Positions 29,964-41,599 of a stretch of DNA of 64,000 nucleotides are shown here, piece by piece. Below the pieces are notes generated by a model. The model had not been told where the DNA came from and ran no database searches. It saw nothing but the letters and a program-made list of their open reading frames with translations. Position 1 is the first letter of the stretch; every line of letters starts with the position of its first letter. The position numbers and the translations under genes were made by a program. Origin of the DNA: Styela clava (taxonomy: Eukaryota); assembly GCF_964204865.1 (NCBI RefSeq), contig NC_135256.1, forward strand, positions 23,994,001 to 24,058,000, read 5' to 3'.

Positions 29964-31038
29964 ATGGCAAAGTCGTTGGAATCTGGTAAATGCAATGAAG
30001 CGTCAATGAGCGAGTGGTCAGAGTTTGAAGAAGCATTAGCTTCAGGTGAAGATATTACCATCCTGTTGGGTTTGGATGATGAGGAAACTGATGATAAAGA
30101 AATGCATACAAGTTTGTTGGAATTTAATTAATAGCTGTTAATATCCGAAATCCTGAATTTATTTCGTCGAAGTGATATTGAATCAAAATATCACTATTTA
30201 CTATTCTAGTTTTAGATTACTTTCTTCTGTAAGTATTCTTGACAAGATCATATATTGTACTTTTAGAAAATATACTTGAAGAACCGATGAAAGTCAGAAT
30301 AGGAGGTGAAGAGTTCAAGTTGAAATTATCAACTCCCAGCTTGGATGACATTTTGATGAAAAAAGATGCAAAACTGGTAGAAGAATTCCTTGTCCCTCCA
30401 CCTTATGTTCCATTGTCAGAAATTCTCCCTTTGTAAGTCTCCCTCACAGCATTGATATAGAAAAATTATCTAGCCTATTGTACAGTTTGCTGCACTTAGG
30501 AAGTAACACAGGCCATTAGAAACTTCCCACATGGCAATTCAAAGAAATTATGAAATGTCAACTTATTCTCGACTTGAACACAACACTCCCTTGCCAGATT
30601 TATGTTATGAATAGGGCTGGGACAGTTATTGACAGTTGATTTGATCGTTAACGAAAGTTTGCTCAAAGCAAGGTCACCTAGACTCACTTAGTGAAACTGA
30701 TAAGGAGACTGTGAAAATGTATGACTGTGATTAAAATTACCAACCCTGGTGGTGATTATGTATGTTTTATCAAATCGCGGGTTTCAAGACAAATGAGTGA
30801 ATGTTAAAACTTCGAAAAAAAGCTGGTATTCAATCTTATTTAGCTTCAAGTATTTCAATGTTAGGCTGTAGGAGTTTAAAAATCAAATATATTTCAGCTC
30901 ATTTTCTCAAAGCAACTTTTACAAGTTTCGCCTTTTTGGACTATAGCTCATGAAATGTGATCAGTGTTGCAAATGTTGTTAGTAGTTAATATAAATGAAA
31001 TATTTTTGGTTTTCAGGAAACAGTCAACTAAGAATTGA
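29964..31038 (+). CDS. Uncharacterised acidic protein (~111 aa); exons 29964-30111, 30267-30432, 31017-31038
   Basis: ATG at 29964. Donors A|GTTTGT and TT|GTAAGT, acceptors TTTTAG and TTTTCAG. Phases 1 and 2 match and give an open frame MAKSLESGKCNEASMSEWSEFEEALASGEDITILLGLDDEETDDKEMHT-KNILEEPMKVRIGGEEFKLKL...PPPYVPLSEILP-LKQSTKN*. AATAAA at ~31159. Confidence 0.65.
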
Positions 31039-31275
31039 TCAAATAGATGAAGAGGAGATGATCATTATTAATGAACAGTTATGCTGTGAACTGGGACAAT
31101 ACCATTGACTGGTTTATTAAAATTATTTAAATTGATCTATTCATGTGATGATATTTTGAATAAACAGAAGCAGCCGAAATTTTAAATTGTGTATTGCTCA
31201 TCAAAAATTTGAAAAATAACAGTGGAATGTCGAGTGTGCATGATAGAAAATGACTTAAAATTGAAAGGAATTTGG

Positions 31276-34176
31276 TCAAAGCTTGAGCGAAGTTATATCG
31301 CAACCTTGATATCCTCCATGAGACACACAGTATTTTAACAGAGCTCTCCAGTGAGAATCTATTGACAAAACATATGGATTTCCTAGGATGATCATTAGAA
31401 TTTTAGCTCTGGTTGTTGCCACATTAAATCTCTTACTGTTTGAGAGAAATCCAAGAGTTCCTCTGACTGATAAGCCATCACCCGGCATGGGTTTTGCTCC
31501 GGAGTTCGATCGAACTGTAGATATGATTATGACAGATCGTTCTTGCCCCTGAAATTCTTCAACTGAACCCACTTTTATGCCACCATCAATGCAAATTGCC
31601 CGTAACATTATCCTCAGTTTTTCTACTTGTGTTCGATAGGGAGCTATAACTCCAATGTCAGATAGTTCAACTTTTTCATCTCTATGTAGCAATTTAACAT
31701 ATCTGATTACTTGAACAATCTCTGTTGGATTCATGAGAGAAGGGCTATTACTTTCCCTTAATTGTTGACCAATAATGCCATGAAACAAAATTGGGAACCC
31801 CTTTTTTGGTAATTTGTCCCATTCAAGGAGGTTTTTGTATTGAAGGTTGTCTGCGCATGGTACGAGTTCATGCATGTAGAACATTTTTGATGCAAGTTCT
31901 ATAAGATGTGGATGGGATCGATAGTTGTTGGTAAGCTTGGTCACGAAAAGGGCATTGTATCCGTCTTTGTATAATGAGTCATTTCTAGAGTATACATCCA
32001 GCTTCATCAAACGTTCTAATAAGGATATGTTCAGTCCATACACGTTTGCTAGTGGTGACATGATCACTGGACCCAGTTGTTCTGGATCACCTGCCATGAC
32101 AACTTGACCATTGATCTGCAGTCCTATAGGTATGAGCACTTCTGGTTCGGTTGCTTGTCCTGCTTCATCAATACAGACATGGGTGAAGTGATCTCTTGGT
32201 AATGCAAGTCCATAAAAAATACCAGCGTTCACACATGTTGTCAAAATGATCCTATAGTGAGAAATTTTTTCTATTTCTTCATCCTTGTGACAGAATTTTG
32301 ATATCGACTCTGGTATGCTGCTTTCCAAACGCCGAAAAGCATTAAAGCGGACCATATCACTTTCATTAACTTGTCTACTTACTGCTAGCCTCTCACATAT
32401 GACATCTACTGCACTGTTGGAAGGAGCACACACTAATATCCTACACCATTTAAGCAAATGATAAAGCTGTAGTATGACTTCCACCAGAGTTACAGTTTTC
32501 CCCGTTCCAGGAGGCCCAAATAATATATATGGGTGGTTTCTAGTTTCACCATATATTATTCTTTGGACAGATTGCTTCTGCCGAGTGTTAAGATGGGTAT
32601 TAAAAAAAAGGTTATTGTCCTTTACGAACAGGTCGACTACACTTTGCTTGGGTGACTTGTGAATCTGATCAGGAAATAGTAAAGCAGCAGGTTTTCGCCT
32701 TTGTGCTAATCTTACTGCAAAATGGCACCTTCGGAAAGGGGCTCTGCTGTACTTGAATTCCACATCATATCTGTCAGATACCTGGAAGTTTTCCTGAAAA
32801 GTTGGATGGAATTTTACTAGAATCTCCTCTTTTTCAGGGAGGATGTGATGAATGAACCCTTGATATTCTAATCCGGATAATTTTGCAGCTGCTGGTTCAT
32901 GAAGAATAACAATATCTCCTATAGAAAGTCTAGGCCTGCCGTCAGCAATACCAGCTACGTATATGTTGAGGTATTCGCCTTGTCTTTGTAAACTGATATC
33001 TCTGAGACTGTGCTTGCGAATTTCAATATCTGCATAAATTTCTTCCAAATAGATTAAAGCACCAAATCTAGCAGCGTAATTTTCAAGGCATAGCTCAGTT
33101 TTGATTGATGGCAATAGGCACAACACATCACTCCCATTTTCAACTCGATTCTTTAGATTTTCTGGGACCGGATACTTGGGGAGAAAAGATGGCACAGTGT
33201 TGCGTTTACCTTGTGCAAATGGATATCCACCCCTGAGCGTCCAGTGACTCGATTGAAATTGCCCGCTTGTTTGAGTATTACTTCTAGCTTTCGCTATCAA
33301 TTTTACTGAAATTGCTCTCCAGTTCCACTGTCCCTGTTTGCTTTCAACAGCCCTAGCCGCAACTTCATCATCTTGCCATGGTTTATACCCATCATCACAC
33401 ACATCAAAGAAAAACTTAATGTCATTGTTTACAGTCCCTGGGTATGCTTTATTGTTGTCCTTATCATATCTTGGTTGCCTTGTAACTTTTCCTGTGACGA
33501 TCTTCGTTCTTAAAGGTTGGACCTTGGCAATTTCTCCATTGTCTGATGCTTCTAATTTCACCCAGTCACCAACAGCTGGGGTATATCCTGCTTCAACAGA
33601 TTCTAGTTTGAATTTAACTCCATGTTTCAATGTGCCTTGGTTTTCTCCAATTCCGGTTATGCACTCAACCATTAACCCACCATTTAACTGGACAGAATCT
33701 TCCCACAGATCTTTATGATTCAAATCAGATGTTCCTATTTTAACTACCCTGATTGCTGTCCAGCCGCAGTTCCCAGTTATTCTTCTGATGGCATCCGCTT
33801 GAACGCGATCGCCTACTTTAACGATGTCGTCATCTTCGAAGGCGGAGACCTCACTTGGTTTGAAGTAAATATGGTTTTCAATCAAACCATCATCTTCTGA
33901 AATACTGGTAATTAAACCATCGACAGATTTTTGTATAGTTTCGGCCAAATTAGTGCGCGTTTCACATTGCGAAATAAAATGATGTGATCCAAAATGGTCT
34001 GCGCATGAAACATTTAAGCGGTCCAACCAGCGTTTGAATTCTTCAAAACCTCTATCATTTGTGAGGTATCTCTGTTTTTCTAGTTCTGTTACATAGTTGT
34101 GTAATGCTTTATTGAAAGGCGAAGCCTCCTCTGGGCCAAACAAAAATGCTAAAAGACACGCCATACCTGGTTTCAT
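31276..34176 (-). CDS. MOV10L1: MOV10L1/Armitage-like UPF1-family (SF1B) RNA helicase, 966 aa, intronless
   Basis: SF1 motifs GPPGTGKT, APSNSAVD, DEAGQ, GDPEQLGP, NYRSH, IAPYRTQV, VEEFQGQE and RFNVATTRAK are intact. N-terminal OB/S1-like repeats (VGDRVQA...WTAIRV; GYTPAVGDWV; AVES...WNWRAISV) and PSFLPKYPVP...LIYLEEIYA...GIADGRP favour MOV10L1/Armi over MOV10. In-frame stop 7 codons upstream of the ATG. Confidence 0.9.
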   Translation of the reverse strand: MKPGMACLLAFLFGPEEASPFNKALHNYVTELEKQRYLTNDRGFEEFKRWLDRLNVSCADHFGSHHFISQCETRTNLAETIQKSVDGLITSISEDDGLIENHIYFKPSEVSAFEDDDIVKVGDRVQADAIRRITGNCGWTAIRVVKIGTSDLNHKDLWEDSVQLNGGLMVECITGIGENQGTLKHGVKFKLESVEAGYTPAVGDWVKLEASDNGEIAKVQPLRTKIVTGKVTRQPRYDKDNNKAYPGTVNNDIKFFFDVCDDGYKPWQDDEVAARAVESKQGQWNWRAISVKLIAKARSNTQTSGQFQSSHWTLRGGYPFAQGKRNTVPSFLPKYPVPENLKNRVENGSDVLCLLPSIKTELCLENYAARFGALIYLEEIYADIEIRKHSLRDISLQRQGEYLNIYVAGIADGRPRLSIGDIVILHEPAAAKLSGLEYQGFIHHILPEKEEILVKFHPTFQENFQVSDRYDVEFKYSRAPFRRCHFAVRLAQRRKPAALLFPDQIHKSPKQSVVDLFVKDNNLFFNTHLNTRQKQSVQRIIYGETRNHPYILFGPPGTGKTVTLVEVILQLYHLLKWCRILVCAPSNSAVDVICERLAVSRQVNESDMVRFNAFRRLESSIPESISKFCHKDEEIEKISHYRIILTTCVNAGIFYGLALPRDHFTHVCIDEAGQATEPEVLIPIGLQINGQVVMAGDPEQLGPVIMSPLANVYGLNISLLERLMKLDVYSRNDSLYKDGYNALFVTKLTNNYRSHPHLIELASKMFYMHELVPCADNLQYKNLLEWDKLPKKGFPILFHGIIGQQLRESNSPSLMNPTEIVQVIRYVKLLHRDEKVELSDIGVIAPYRTQVEKLRIMLRAICIDGGIKVGSVEEFQGQERSVIIISTVRSNSGAKPMPGDGLSVRGTLGFLSNSKRFNVATTRAKILMIILGNPYVLSIDSHWRALLKYCVSHGGYQGCDITSLKL

Positions 34177-34470
34177 GCAACTCGCCCAGCCCGATTAGCT
34201 CGCGTCGTGTGGAGGTTCAGAAATTTTCCTAGCCGGGTTTTCCGCGCTGCCACGGATGACCAGAGCAGTGTTTCCCAAAGTGACTACAACATATTCACGC
34301 TATAACACTTTATAGTCCCAAACTTGTTTTTGACAGCGCCCCCTTGGTCAACTTTTAGTATAAGCATTTATGGTATAAGTTTATTTCGACTCCATAATCA
34401 GCAGTAGACGATAAAATAATAGATAAAAACAAAAAATAACTGATTATAGAGTCGGGAGAGCAAACAAAAC

Positions 34471-35843
34471 TAGAGATGTATCGATGTAATGGTATCGACA
34501 ATATCGGCCAATTTTTCAGTATCTGTAGTATGTCGGTATCGGCTAAATGAAGACCGATATTTCCGATATGTTTACCTTTTTGATATGATCCAGAATGTTT
34601 TAAAAAATAAGTTGGAATACTGATGTTTAAATTATTTTTTGCTTGGGGGAATCGTGAACTATGAGCCATACACGTCCCCACCCCCGCGAGTAGAAATGAA
34701 AATGGAGATTCTGACCTGTTCTTAGTTATTTATCAGCCAAACGCTCAACTAATTTGGCTATTTTTACTGCCAAATTTTTATATTGACGTTTTTAATGTTA
34801 CATAGTAATTATGAATAAATATATCAATCGAATATTAGTGGATTTTCTAATGTGTAAAATACAAAATATGTCGTCATATTGGAACAAAATCTTGCGCACG
34901 TAACTCATTGTATCAATTTGATAGGATAAGTAGGCTAAACATTTATTTATTTCACCACCCTGGTAGCAAAACCTCATGAGCAGGGATGGCCATACCCATC
35001 GACTATTTCGAATACATTCTGAAAATATTTTCGATACTGAAATTCCAAATACATTGTAAAAGCCCCCTCATAAATACAATTCACTTTCCCAAAATCCAGA
35101 GACATATAAATTAGGCTTTATGTTTTCATTATAAAGCAGTCATAGGGCATGTGTGATATAAATGGAATTGCTCTAAGAAAGTAGACCTAATGAGCATTAC
35201 GGTGCTTATAGTCTCATATCTATAAATTGTGGTGGTAATTGACAAGCACAAAAATAAGAACAACTAGGCTCCCAGTTTTAAATCATAGTGTAAAAACGTC
35301 TTTTTTAACAGCATACGCACTTTTAGTCCATCGACGTTTTTAAGCTAAATTCCGACTCAATTATCTCTCTACACAGATCATAAATATTGTGATTCCATTA
35401 ATTTTAATTTTGTTTAACTATACAATTTCCTCATATATCCGCCCAGACTATCTCGAAATATACGATAATATATATTTGCGATATATTGTTAAATATTTTC
35501 CTGCCCATCCCTACCTGAGATTTCTAATTGAACACCGAGATTACTAGCGTCAGTACACAATGCTTCTAAATTAATTAACGCATCTGAATCCAAAACATCA
35601 ATTTCCTATGATGTTTTATATCCTTTTAAAATCTGAAATAATGTGTAGTATGAATAATTCTCAAAGACTAGTGTTTTAACCCGTCTGCCATGCACACGTG
35701 AGGCACTATTCACATAGTATCGGAATATCGGTATCAGAATATCGGCAATATCGGCCGTTTTGTAATATCGGCGTATCGGTATCGGCGTTTTTAGTTAGTA
35801 TCGGATCGGTATCGGAGACAAAAGTGGTATCGGTACATCTCTA
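34471..35843. mobile_element. Non-autonomous hAT (Ac-like) element, 1373 bp
   Basis: TIRs TAGAGATGTA(T/C)CGAT, perfect 8-bp TSD AACAAAAC (34463-34470 and 35844-35851), and TATCGG subterminal arrays at both ends. Confidence 0.92.
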
Positions 35844-36581
35844 AACAAAACCTCAAGTAAGGTTTGAAGCATACAGATTTTATATGGAAAGGTATTGATA
35901 AAAGAAAGTAGTACGTGTTCGCTCACCCAAAAGTATAAAAACAAATTAAAGCACGCTCGCACACACACACTCACACAGACACACTCATACAATCATCGAG
36001 ACATGATAAAGTTGGAAGTGAAAAAAGCGAGACTTAAAATCAATTGAATTACTCAGTAAAAATAAAATATAAAAACAAATAAAAAAATGAATAAATTCTT
36101 TTGCCACACCAAGTTAATAATTTTATGAGGATTGCCAAATTGGATACCGAATTAGTCAACAAGAGTTATATATTGTGGATGAAAAAATATTCCCCAAAAG
36201 ATATCGTCGAGCTGATTATAATTGGAGTCACCTAATGCCAAATTGCCCAATCAGGTGGTGGGCTAGACCTGCATCACTCACCAAATAGAAGCCAAATTAA
36301 CATCCAAATTATTTTAAATACTATTAATCAATAAAAACACCGGTAATTATAATTAAAATTAATTAGGGCGGTATGATACAGAAGTAGGAAAAATTGGTTA
36401 CGGGAATATATAGGTTATTAAAGGTTCATGTAAGGTTTCTAAAGTCATGGATTATGGGCAAGCAAATTTAATTGAGGTTGTTGATTACTGCGGACAGTTC
36501 AAATTCATCACGGATGATTCATCAGGCTGCAAGTTTCGTTGATGTATACACCTTTTATGTTGACCTAGCTAGCTTTTAAAT

Positions 36582-37238
36582 CAGTGGTTCTCAACCGGGG
36601 GTCCGCGATTAAATTAAGATTGTAGGAAATTATTTGCAGTTTAATATCGTTTTTTTTTTTGTGATACGATCGAACATTTGCTGCTTATGACAATGTGACA
36701 ATAGCCTACAAAAACCATTTTGATTTATCTCCCGTAGACCTATTGTGACAAATACGAGTTATTACATGACAATGATAATACGAGAACGCAGCTACAGTGA
36801 TCACTTTCTCAGTTTTGGTGCGCCATTTTGCCGTCGTACCCAAAAGTATCGATGGAAGCATTACGTGTTATTGTTCCATTCGCCTCCACATACCTTTGTG
36901 GAAGTGGATTTTCTGCTCTCGTTCATATCAAATCCAAGGCTCGTAACCAACTAAACGTCGACGACGATATGCGTCTATCGTTATCAAAAACTAGACCACG
37001 TATTTCAAGACTCGCTTTTGATATACAACAGCAGAAATCCCTTTAAGTGTATTCGATTTGACAAAATAAATGAAAATGTCCACTAGTTTAGTGTTATTTT
37101 TGACTTGGTTAAATCTGTATGGAACATTAGGTTGGAGATATAATAAACTAAATTTCAAATAAAAAACTTTTGAGGGGTCCGCGACCGCTTTGAGAGCACC
37201 AGAAGGGTCCGCAAAGACAAAAAGATTGAGAAACACTG
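36582..37238 (+). mobile_element. Internally deleted hAT (Buster/Charlie) element carrying the transposase C-terminus
   Basis: TIRs CAGTGGTTCTCAA / TTGAGAAACACTG, perfect TSD TTTTAAAT, GGGGTCCGCG subterminals. The ORF remnant PFASTYLCGSGFSALVHIKSKARNQLNVDDDMRLSLS is the hAT dimerisation domain. Confidence 0.93.
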
Positions 37239-37368
37239 TTTTAAATTGATTCCATGATTGCAAATAAGGAATCAATAGAAAACTACACTACACTTTTGAG
37301 TGGAAGTTATTGATTTGTGTATATATTGATCAATATTATTTACCTATCATTAGACTGCTAGTTGAAAG

Positions 37369-37475
37369 TAGAGATGTACCGATACCACTTTTGTCGTCGA
37401 TACCGATACCAGCCAAAAGGCCGATACCGATACGCCAATATTCAAAAACGACCTATATATATTCCGATACCATGT
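37369..37475. mobile_element. Truncated end of the same Ac-like MITE family as 34471-35843
   Basis: TAGAGATGTACCGATACCACTTTTGTC is the reverse complement of 35817-35843. CCGATA arrays follow. Confidence 0.75.
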
Positions 37476-37492
37476 AATTATTAGGCAGACTA

Positions 37493-37790
37493 CTAGACGC
37501 CCCCGGACAAAAAAATCAAAACAACTTTATTTTCACTCATTCTTAGAATAATGTGAGGTTTGAGACAAACCTCGTGAAATGCAACCAGCTTATTAATATC
37601 TGGCTTCATTTTAGTTAGAAACAGTCTCGAGTCTCCTAGCCTGACATGATCGATGCGATATCTTTTGATATCAAGAAGCGCGGTCACGGCACTAAACGCA
37701 CGCTCTACCAAATATGAGCTGACAAAAGCAATAAAAAACTTTTAACCCGATCCCACACGTAAGGATATTTTAATTTGATTCTGTAGCCAG
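37493..37790 (-). pseudogene. hAT transposase C-terminal remnant (SCAND3/ZBED/FAM200-like dimerisation domain)
   Basis: FIAFVSSYLVERAFSAVTALLDIKRYRIDHVRLGDSRLFLTKMKPDINKL resembles the hAT C-terminal motif (SYLVERGFS...KRNRL...GDLRL). The frame is disrupted upstream. Confidence 0.8.
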
Positions 37791-39072
37791 AAACATGGAA
37801 CACCGACACACTGAATAACGCTTTGAAAGCGTAGTACCAATGGTAGTGGTTCAGTGGAAATTCAAGGTTACCCAAAAAAAGAAAACCAAAAATTTCTTAA
37901 TCACTTCCACAAAATAAAAAACTTTTAAATTTTATTTGCGCTTGAACTTCTGTTTGTGTATGATTGGTTATACACAGGAATTTCAGAAATCACTTTGTAC
38001 AAAAGTTATGTTCTCTCTAAGTCTAGAACATGTTGCAAATTACCTCCTTGTCGTTAGAGACAGATTTGCACCCGTATCGCAAAATTGTCTATTACTCCCT
38101 TAGTTTCCTGTTGAAGCGGACTTTCTGCTGTTAGGTCATGTAAATTGTAAATAACAACATGATGTTCACTGGGGCACAGCACCTCCAAGGAAAGGCCTTG
38201 TGTATTATTTATCTAGCCTCGTTATTCAAATACCCAAGAAAGAAAAATGAACCAGTTAAGTCGCAACGTGGAGATGGTCCGATCTGGCGTACGTCATTTC
38301 AATCAGATGGCCCAGCTCTCACGTGTTGCTCTCAACAATAGCTAAATTATAAAACAAGGGTGTTGTACCCAAACTACCGTTTTTAAGCACCTTCGAATTC
38401 GATATTAAAATGAAGCTGTAATTCAAAACAGAACAACGAAACGTGCTTGACATCATAGGAGGGAATGGCGAAGGAAGCGTATGCCACGCGCTATACTATA
38501 GTATGAGTGCGAAACAATACGGATTTAAAATAGCCATATTATTCTACGTTAAGGGAGAAATTTCCAACTACGAAATTACAAGCTAACTAGGTTGATTCAA
38601 AACATAGGAGTTAAAATGACAGATAATACCACAATTCTTGTGATTGCCCGAAATGTTGTCAGCGCCCCCCACTCGCTCAGTTTAAAAGCCAGCGCCCTCA
38701 ATTGCCAAAATCGCCATCAGCGCCACTCCAGTTATTGAAAACGCCCACAAAGGGGCGTATTTGCCCACTTTGGGAACCGCTGGGCGCTGGAATATAGCAT
38801 CGACTTCCTTACTTCTCATTGTGGGGTAACGATTTGAATTTGCCACACAAACAATTTTTCACTTTCACTGACAGATTTCGTGTATGGCGATTGGCATTAG
38901 ACCGTTTTCGTGGTTTTGCTAGCTATTTATCAGTTTTTAGTTGTATTTTCGAAAATTAGGTACAGTAAAAGTTAAATAATTCAATGATAATTTTATTTTG
39001 TGAAAAATTTCAGTTTGGCTGCAGTATTCATAAATCAGACCCAAAGCTTCGATAGATTCGGCTAAAATTTTC

Positions 39073-39146
39073 GGCTCTTCGTAGTATATGCACCAAGATG
39101 GCGCACAACCTGAACCTTAACCTGGTGCACATACTACGGGTGTACC
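39073..39146. mobile_element. 74-bp hairpin MITE, Merlin-like
   Basis: GG...CC termini, internal inverted repeat CGTAGTATATGCACCA / TGGTGCACATACTACG (15/16), perfect 8-bp TSD AAATTTTC. Confidence 0.75.
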
Positions 39147-40194
39147 AAATTTTCCAAACCACGACCTCACGAGCAACACATAGTTTACAATCTATCTATC
39201 GGTACTACGGTATGCAGGGGAGAAGACAGTGAGGGGTTACGGGGGTCGTTTAAATTTTTTTTTTTTTAACGCAAAATTTCTACCTTCTAGGCCTACTCTT
39301 TAACGGTCAGCTGATTATTGACAGGCGATGGCAAAATGTTCAAAATTAAATGATAAAATCCAAAACACATGGTTTATTAGTGAGGAATTGCCAACTGTGG
39401 TAGCATCGGAAGAATGTATCCTAAAATATATTTATTCTTCGAATGACGAAAACCCTCATCAACGACTGTCGGATCGGCGAAAAATGGAATGAGTTATTGT
39501 TGATTGTAATCCAGCAAGAGAGAGGGCGTGTCTCTTTTCCCGCTTTGAAACACACATGAAATGGATGAGAAGTGTTATATGCTTCTTTAAGGTTCTTTTC
39601 AAACTTCCGACACAATCCTTTTCATAAATATTTGTAGCGTACCGGCAGTCTATGAAATAATTATCCAAGTTCAGAATATCTTCCAATATGGTCTGACGTC
39701 ACGTTTCTTCTCATTATTCACTTCAGGTTATGCTATTTTATTCTATTTATTAGACCTTAATATAACCAAATACTCCAATGAAAATCAACAAAGCAGAAAG
39801 GGTACAACGGAAATAACAAAGATACACAACACTTGAACAGCACTGACAATAACCAATTCCGTAGTACAACCTATAGCAAAACACCAAAACAACTATAATT
39901 GCACTACACTCAAACAATAAAATCATCCTATTGACCAATATTAGAATATCCAACCCATCATAAACCATAAAATCAATATAAACACCCTGGGTAGCCTTCT
40001 CAAAAACTAACATTAATTTAACAGACACAAGGAAAACCTAAAACACTAAAAATTCAACTAAAACAACCACAACTGTACTGCTGCAGACCACAGCATAGGC
40101 TGACAGGACACCAAAGGACAGATCGACAGTGTCATAGCACCCTCAGTGTAAAAATACAAAATATAGCAAGAATATCACATGACATCATTTAAAA

Positions 40195-41599
40195 CAGGGG
40201 TGTGCGAACTGCGGCCCGCGGGCCAAATCCGCCCGCAAAGATGAATTGTGCGGCCAGCGGAGAAGTGCCAATTTTGAAGGATGTGCCCGCGAAACGAGCT
40301 TTTAGTGTTATTAATCTGGAACGTGCGAGCAATTTCAATCTCCTTGCGTCGCGAAGCCTATACCAGTATCCGAGTGCCACTATCATATCAGTGAAACTAG
40401 CTAGCAAGATCTTGTTGGAAAAAACGCAATGTTATAAAAGCTTGTTTCTTTCCCACTGAATTCGTTTAGTCGGTGTGACAATAAATTTAAATACCAGTCT
40501 CCTTTAGAAATTTTTACGTTTCAACTCAACATTTCTGCCAGGACACCGAACAATGCCGTAAGATCGATAACGAAAAGAAACAATTTTTTGTGCTTGCGAC
40601 TCTATTTACGAAAGGCTCGAGATACAAAAAATCCAACTAACAATATTGCTTCTACTAACGTGAGATTTTCTACATACGAATTAATTATTTTCATCTTTTC
40701 ACTTCGATAGTGCCGAACATAAGGACAAATTTTTTCCTTTCTTGTAATTTAGAGCGTATAAAATAGATGTTAAATATTATTTAGTATCTATCGCTGCGTC
40801 GTTGACGAAAATAAAATCAAAACAGCCTAACTGAAATATTTAAATCAGCGCCGACTCGAAAAAGAAAAGAAGATCTACGGTCTCAATTCTCTCTTGTTGG
40901 CAGATGAGAATTTGTGAATCATGTTCACTCATTTGATAATGACGATGATCGCGTAATTACATTTGCGTTTTTCCTGAATCAACGAATGGTGTCATGAGCA
41001 ATATAAAAATTAAAGTCCGCGGTAGCTGCCCAGCCACACGCCAATCAACTATGCTTGCCAGTTTGTTTCCCGTACGTACAATAAGTCTCACTCAGTTTCA
41101 GTTGAGAAGACGATGATACGCGTAACAGTCCAAACTAAAGAAAATGGAATCAAAAAATAAATAAAAATGCAAAATAAAAAAATTAAATATTAATTTTGAC
41201 ATTCATGTGCATGTGCTCATTTTCGTACATTACGTTCTCTCTCAGATTTCAACATTTAACGCCTTTTCCGACCGCCGTCCTCCCACTCTGCACGGTCTTC
41301 GCTTAGCCCCGTGAATATTTTGTCCGAGTTTTGTGGGAGATTGGAACGGATTAATGCATTTTCATTCATGCGTCCGTACTTGGAATTTTCTACTTACTAA
41401 AAAAAATTTGTTCCAATTACGGAAACTCCTTCGCAAGTAGAAAATTCTTTAAGGTAGACATGGTAAAAAAAAATACCGAATAAAAACAACAATTTTTTCG
41501 TATCCAGAGGCTTCCGTAGTTAGAGTTTCTAGGTGCGGCCTGCGGCTTCACCCAGTTACTTGTATTTGGCCTGCCTGTAAAAAAGGTTGCACACCCCTG
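40195..41599. mobile_element. Non-autonomous hAT (Charlie-type) element, 1405 bp
   Basis: TIRs CAGGGGTGTGC / GCACACCCCTG, perfect TSD ATTTAAAA, GCGGCCCGCGGGCC subterminal palindrome. Confidence 0.92.

Larger units (their letters stand above)
34370..37365 (-). repeat. Second copy of the LINE-3'-like repeat, split by two MITE insertions
   Basis: Segments 34370-34470, 35844-36581 and 37239-37365 are collinear with 26165-27150. Confidence 0.6.
34266..38782 (-). mobile_element. Decayed hAT (Charlie/Buster-type) transposon forming the outer shell of a nested TE cluster
   Basis: TIR CAGTGTTTCCCAAAGTG at 34266 and CACTTTGGGAACCGCTG ending at 38782 (15/17 match). GCGCCCCC subterminal motifs near both ends. 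Transposase remnant at ~37500-37790. TSDs do not match. Confidence 0.6.

Noticed and set aside
34981-35513. Possible further MITE (CAGGGATGG...CCCATCCCTA) inside the Ac-like element
   Set aside because: The flanking 8-mers do not match, so it cannot be confirmed.
35715-35835. Repeated TATCGG units (also GAATCG at 62040-62475) superficially resembling a CRISPR or iteron array
   Set aside because: Irregular hexamers without spacers, explained as transposase-binding subterminal repeats of hAT MITEs in eukaryotic DNA.
39421-40028. Short minus-strand ORFs and a C/A-skewed tract; TGACGTCA at ~39695
   Set aside because: No homology recognised. Compositional skew explains the ORFs, and a single CRE-like 8-mer does not establish a promoter.
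40189-40459. ORFs of 72-85 aa at the start of the 40195 element
   Set aside because: GC-rich subterminal MITE sequence with no transposase motifs.
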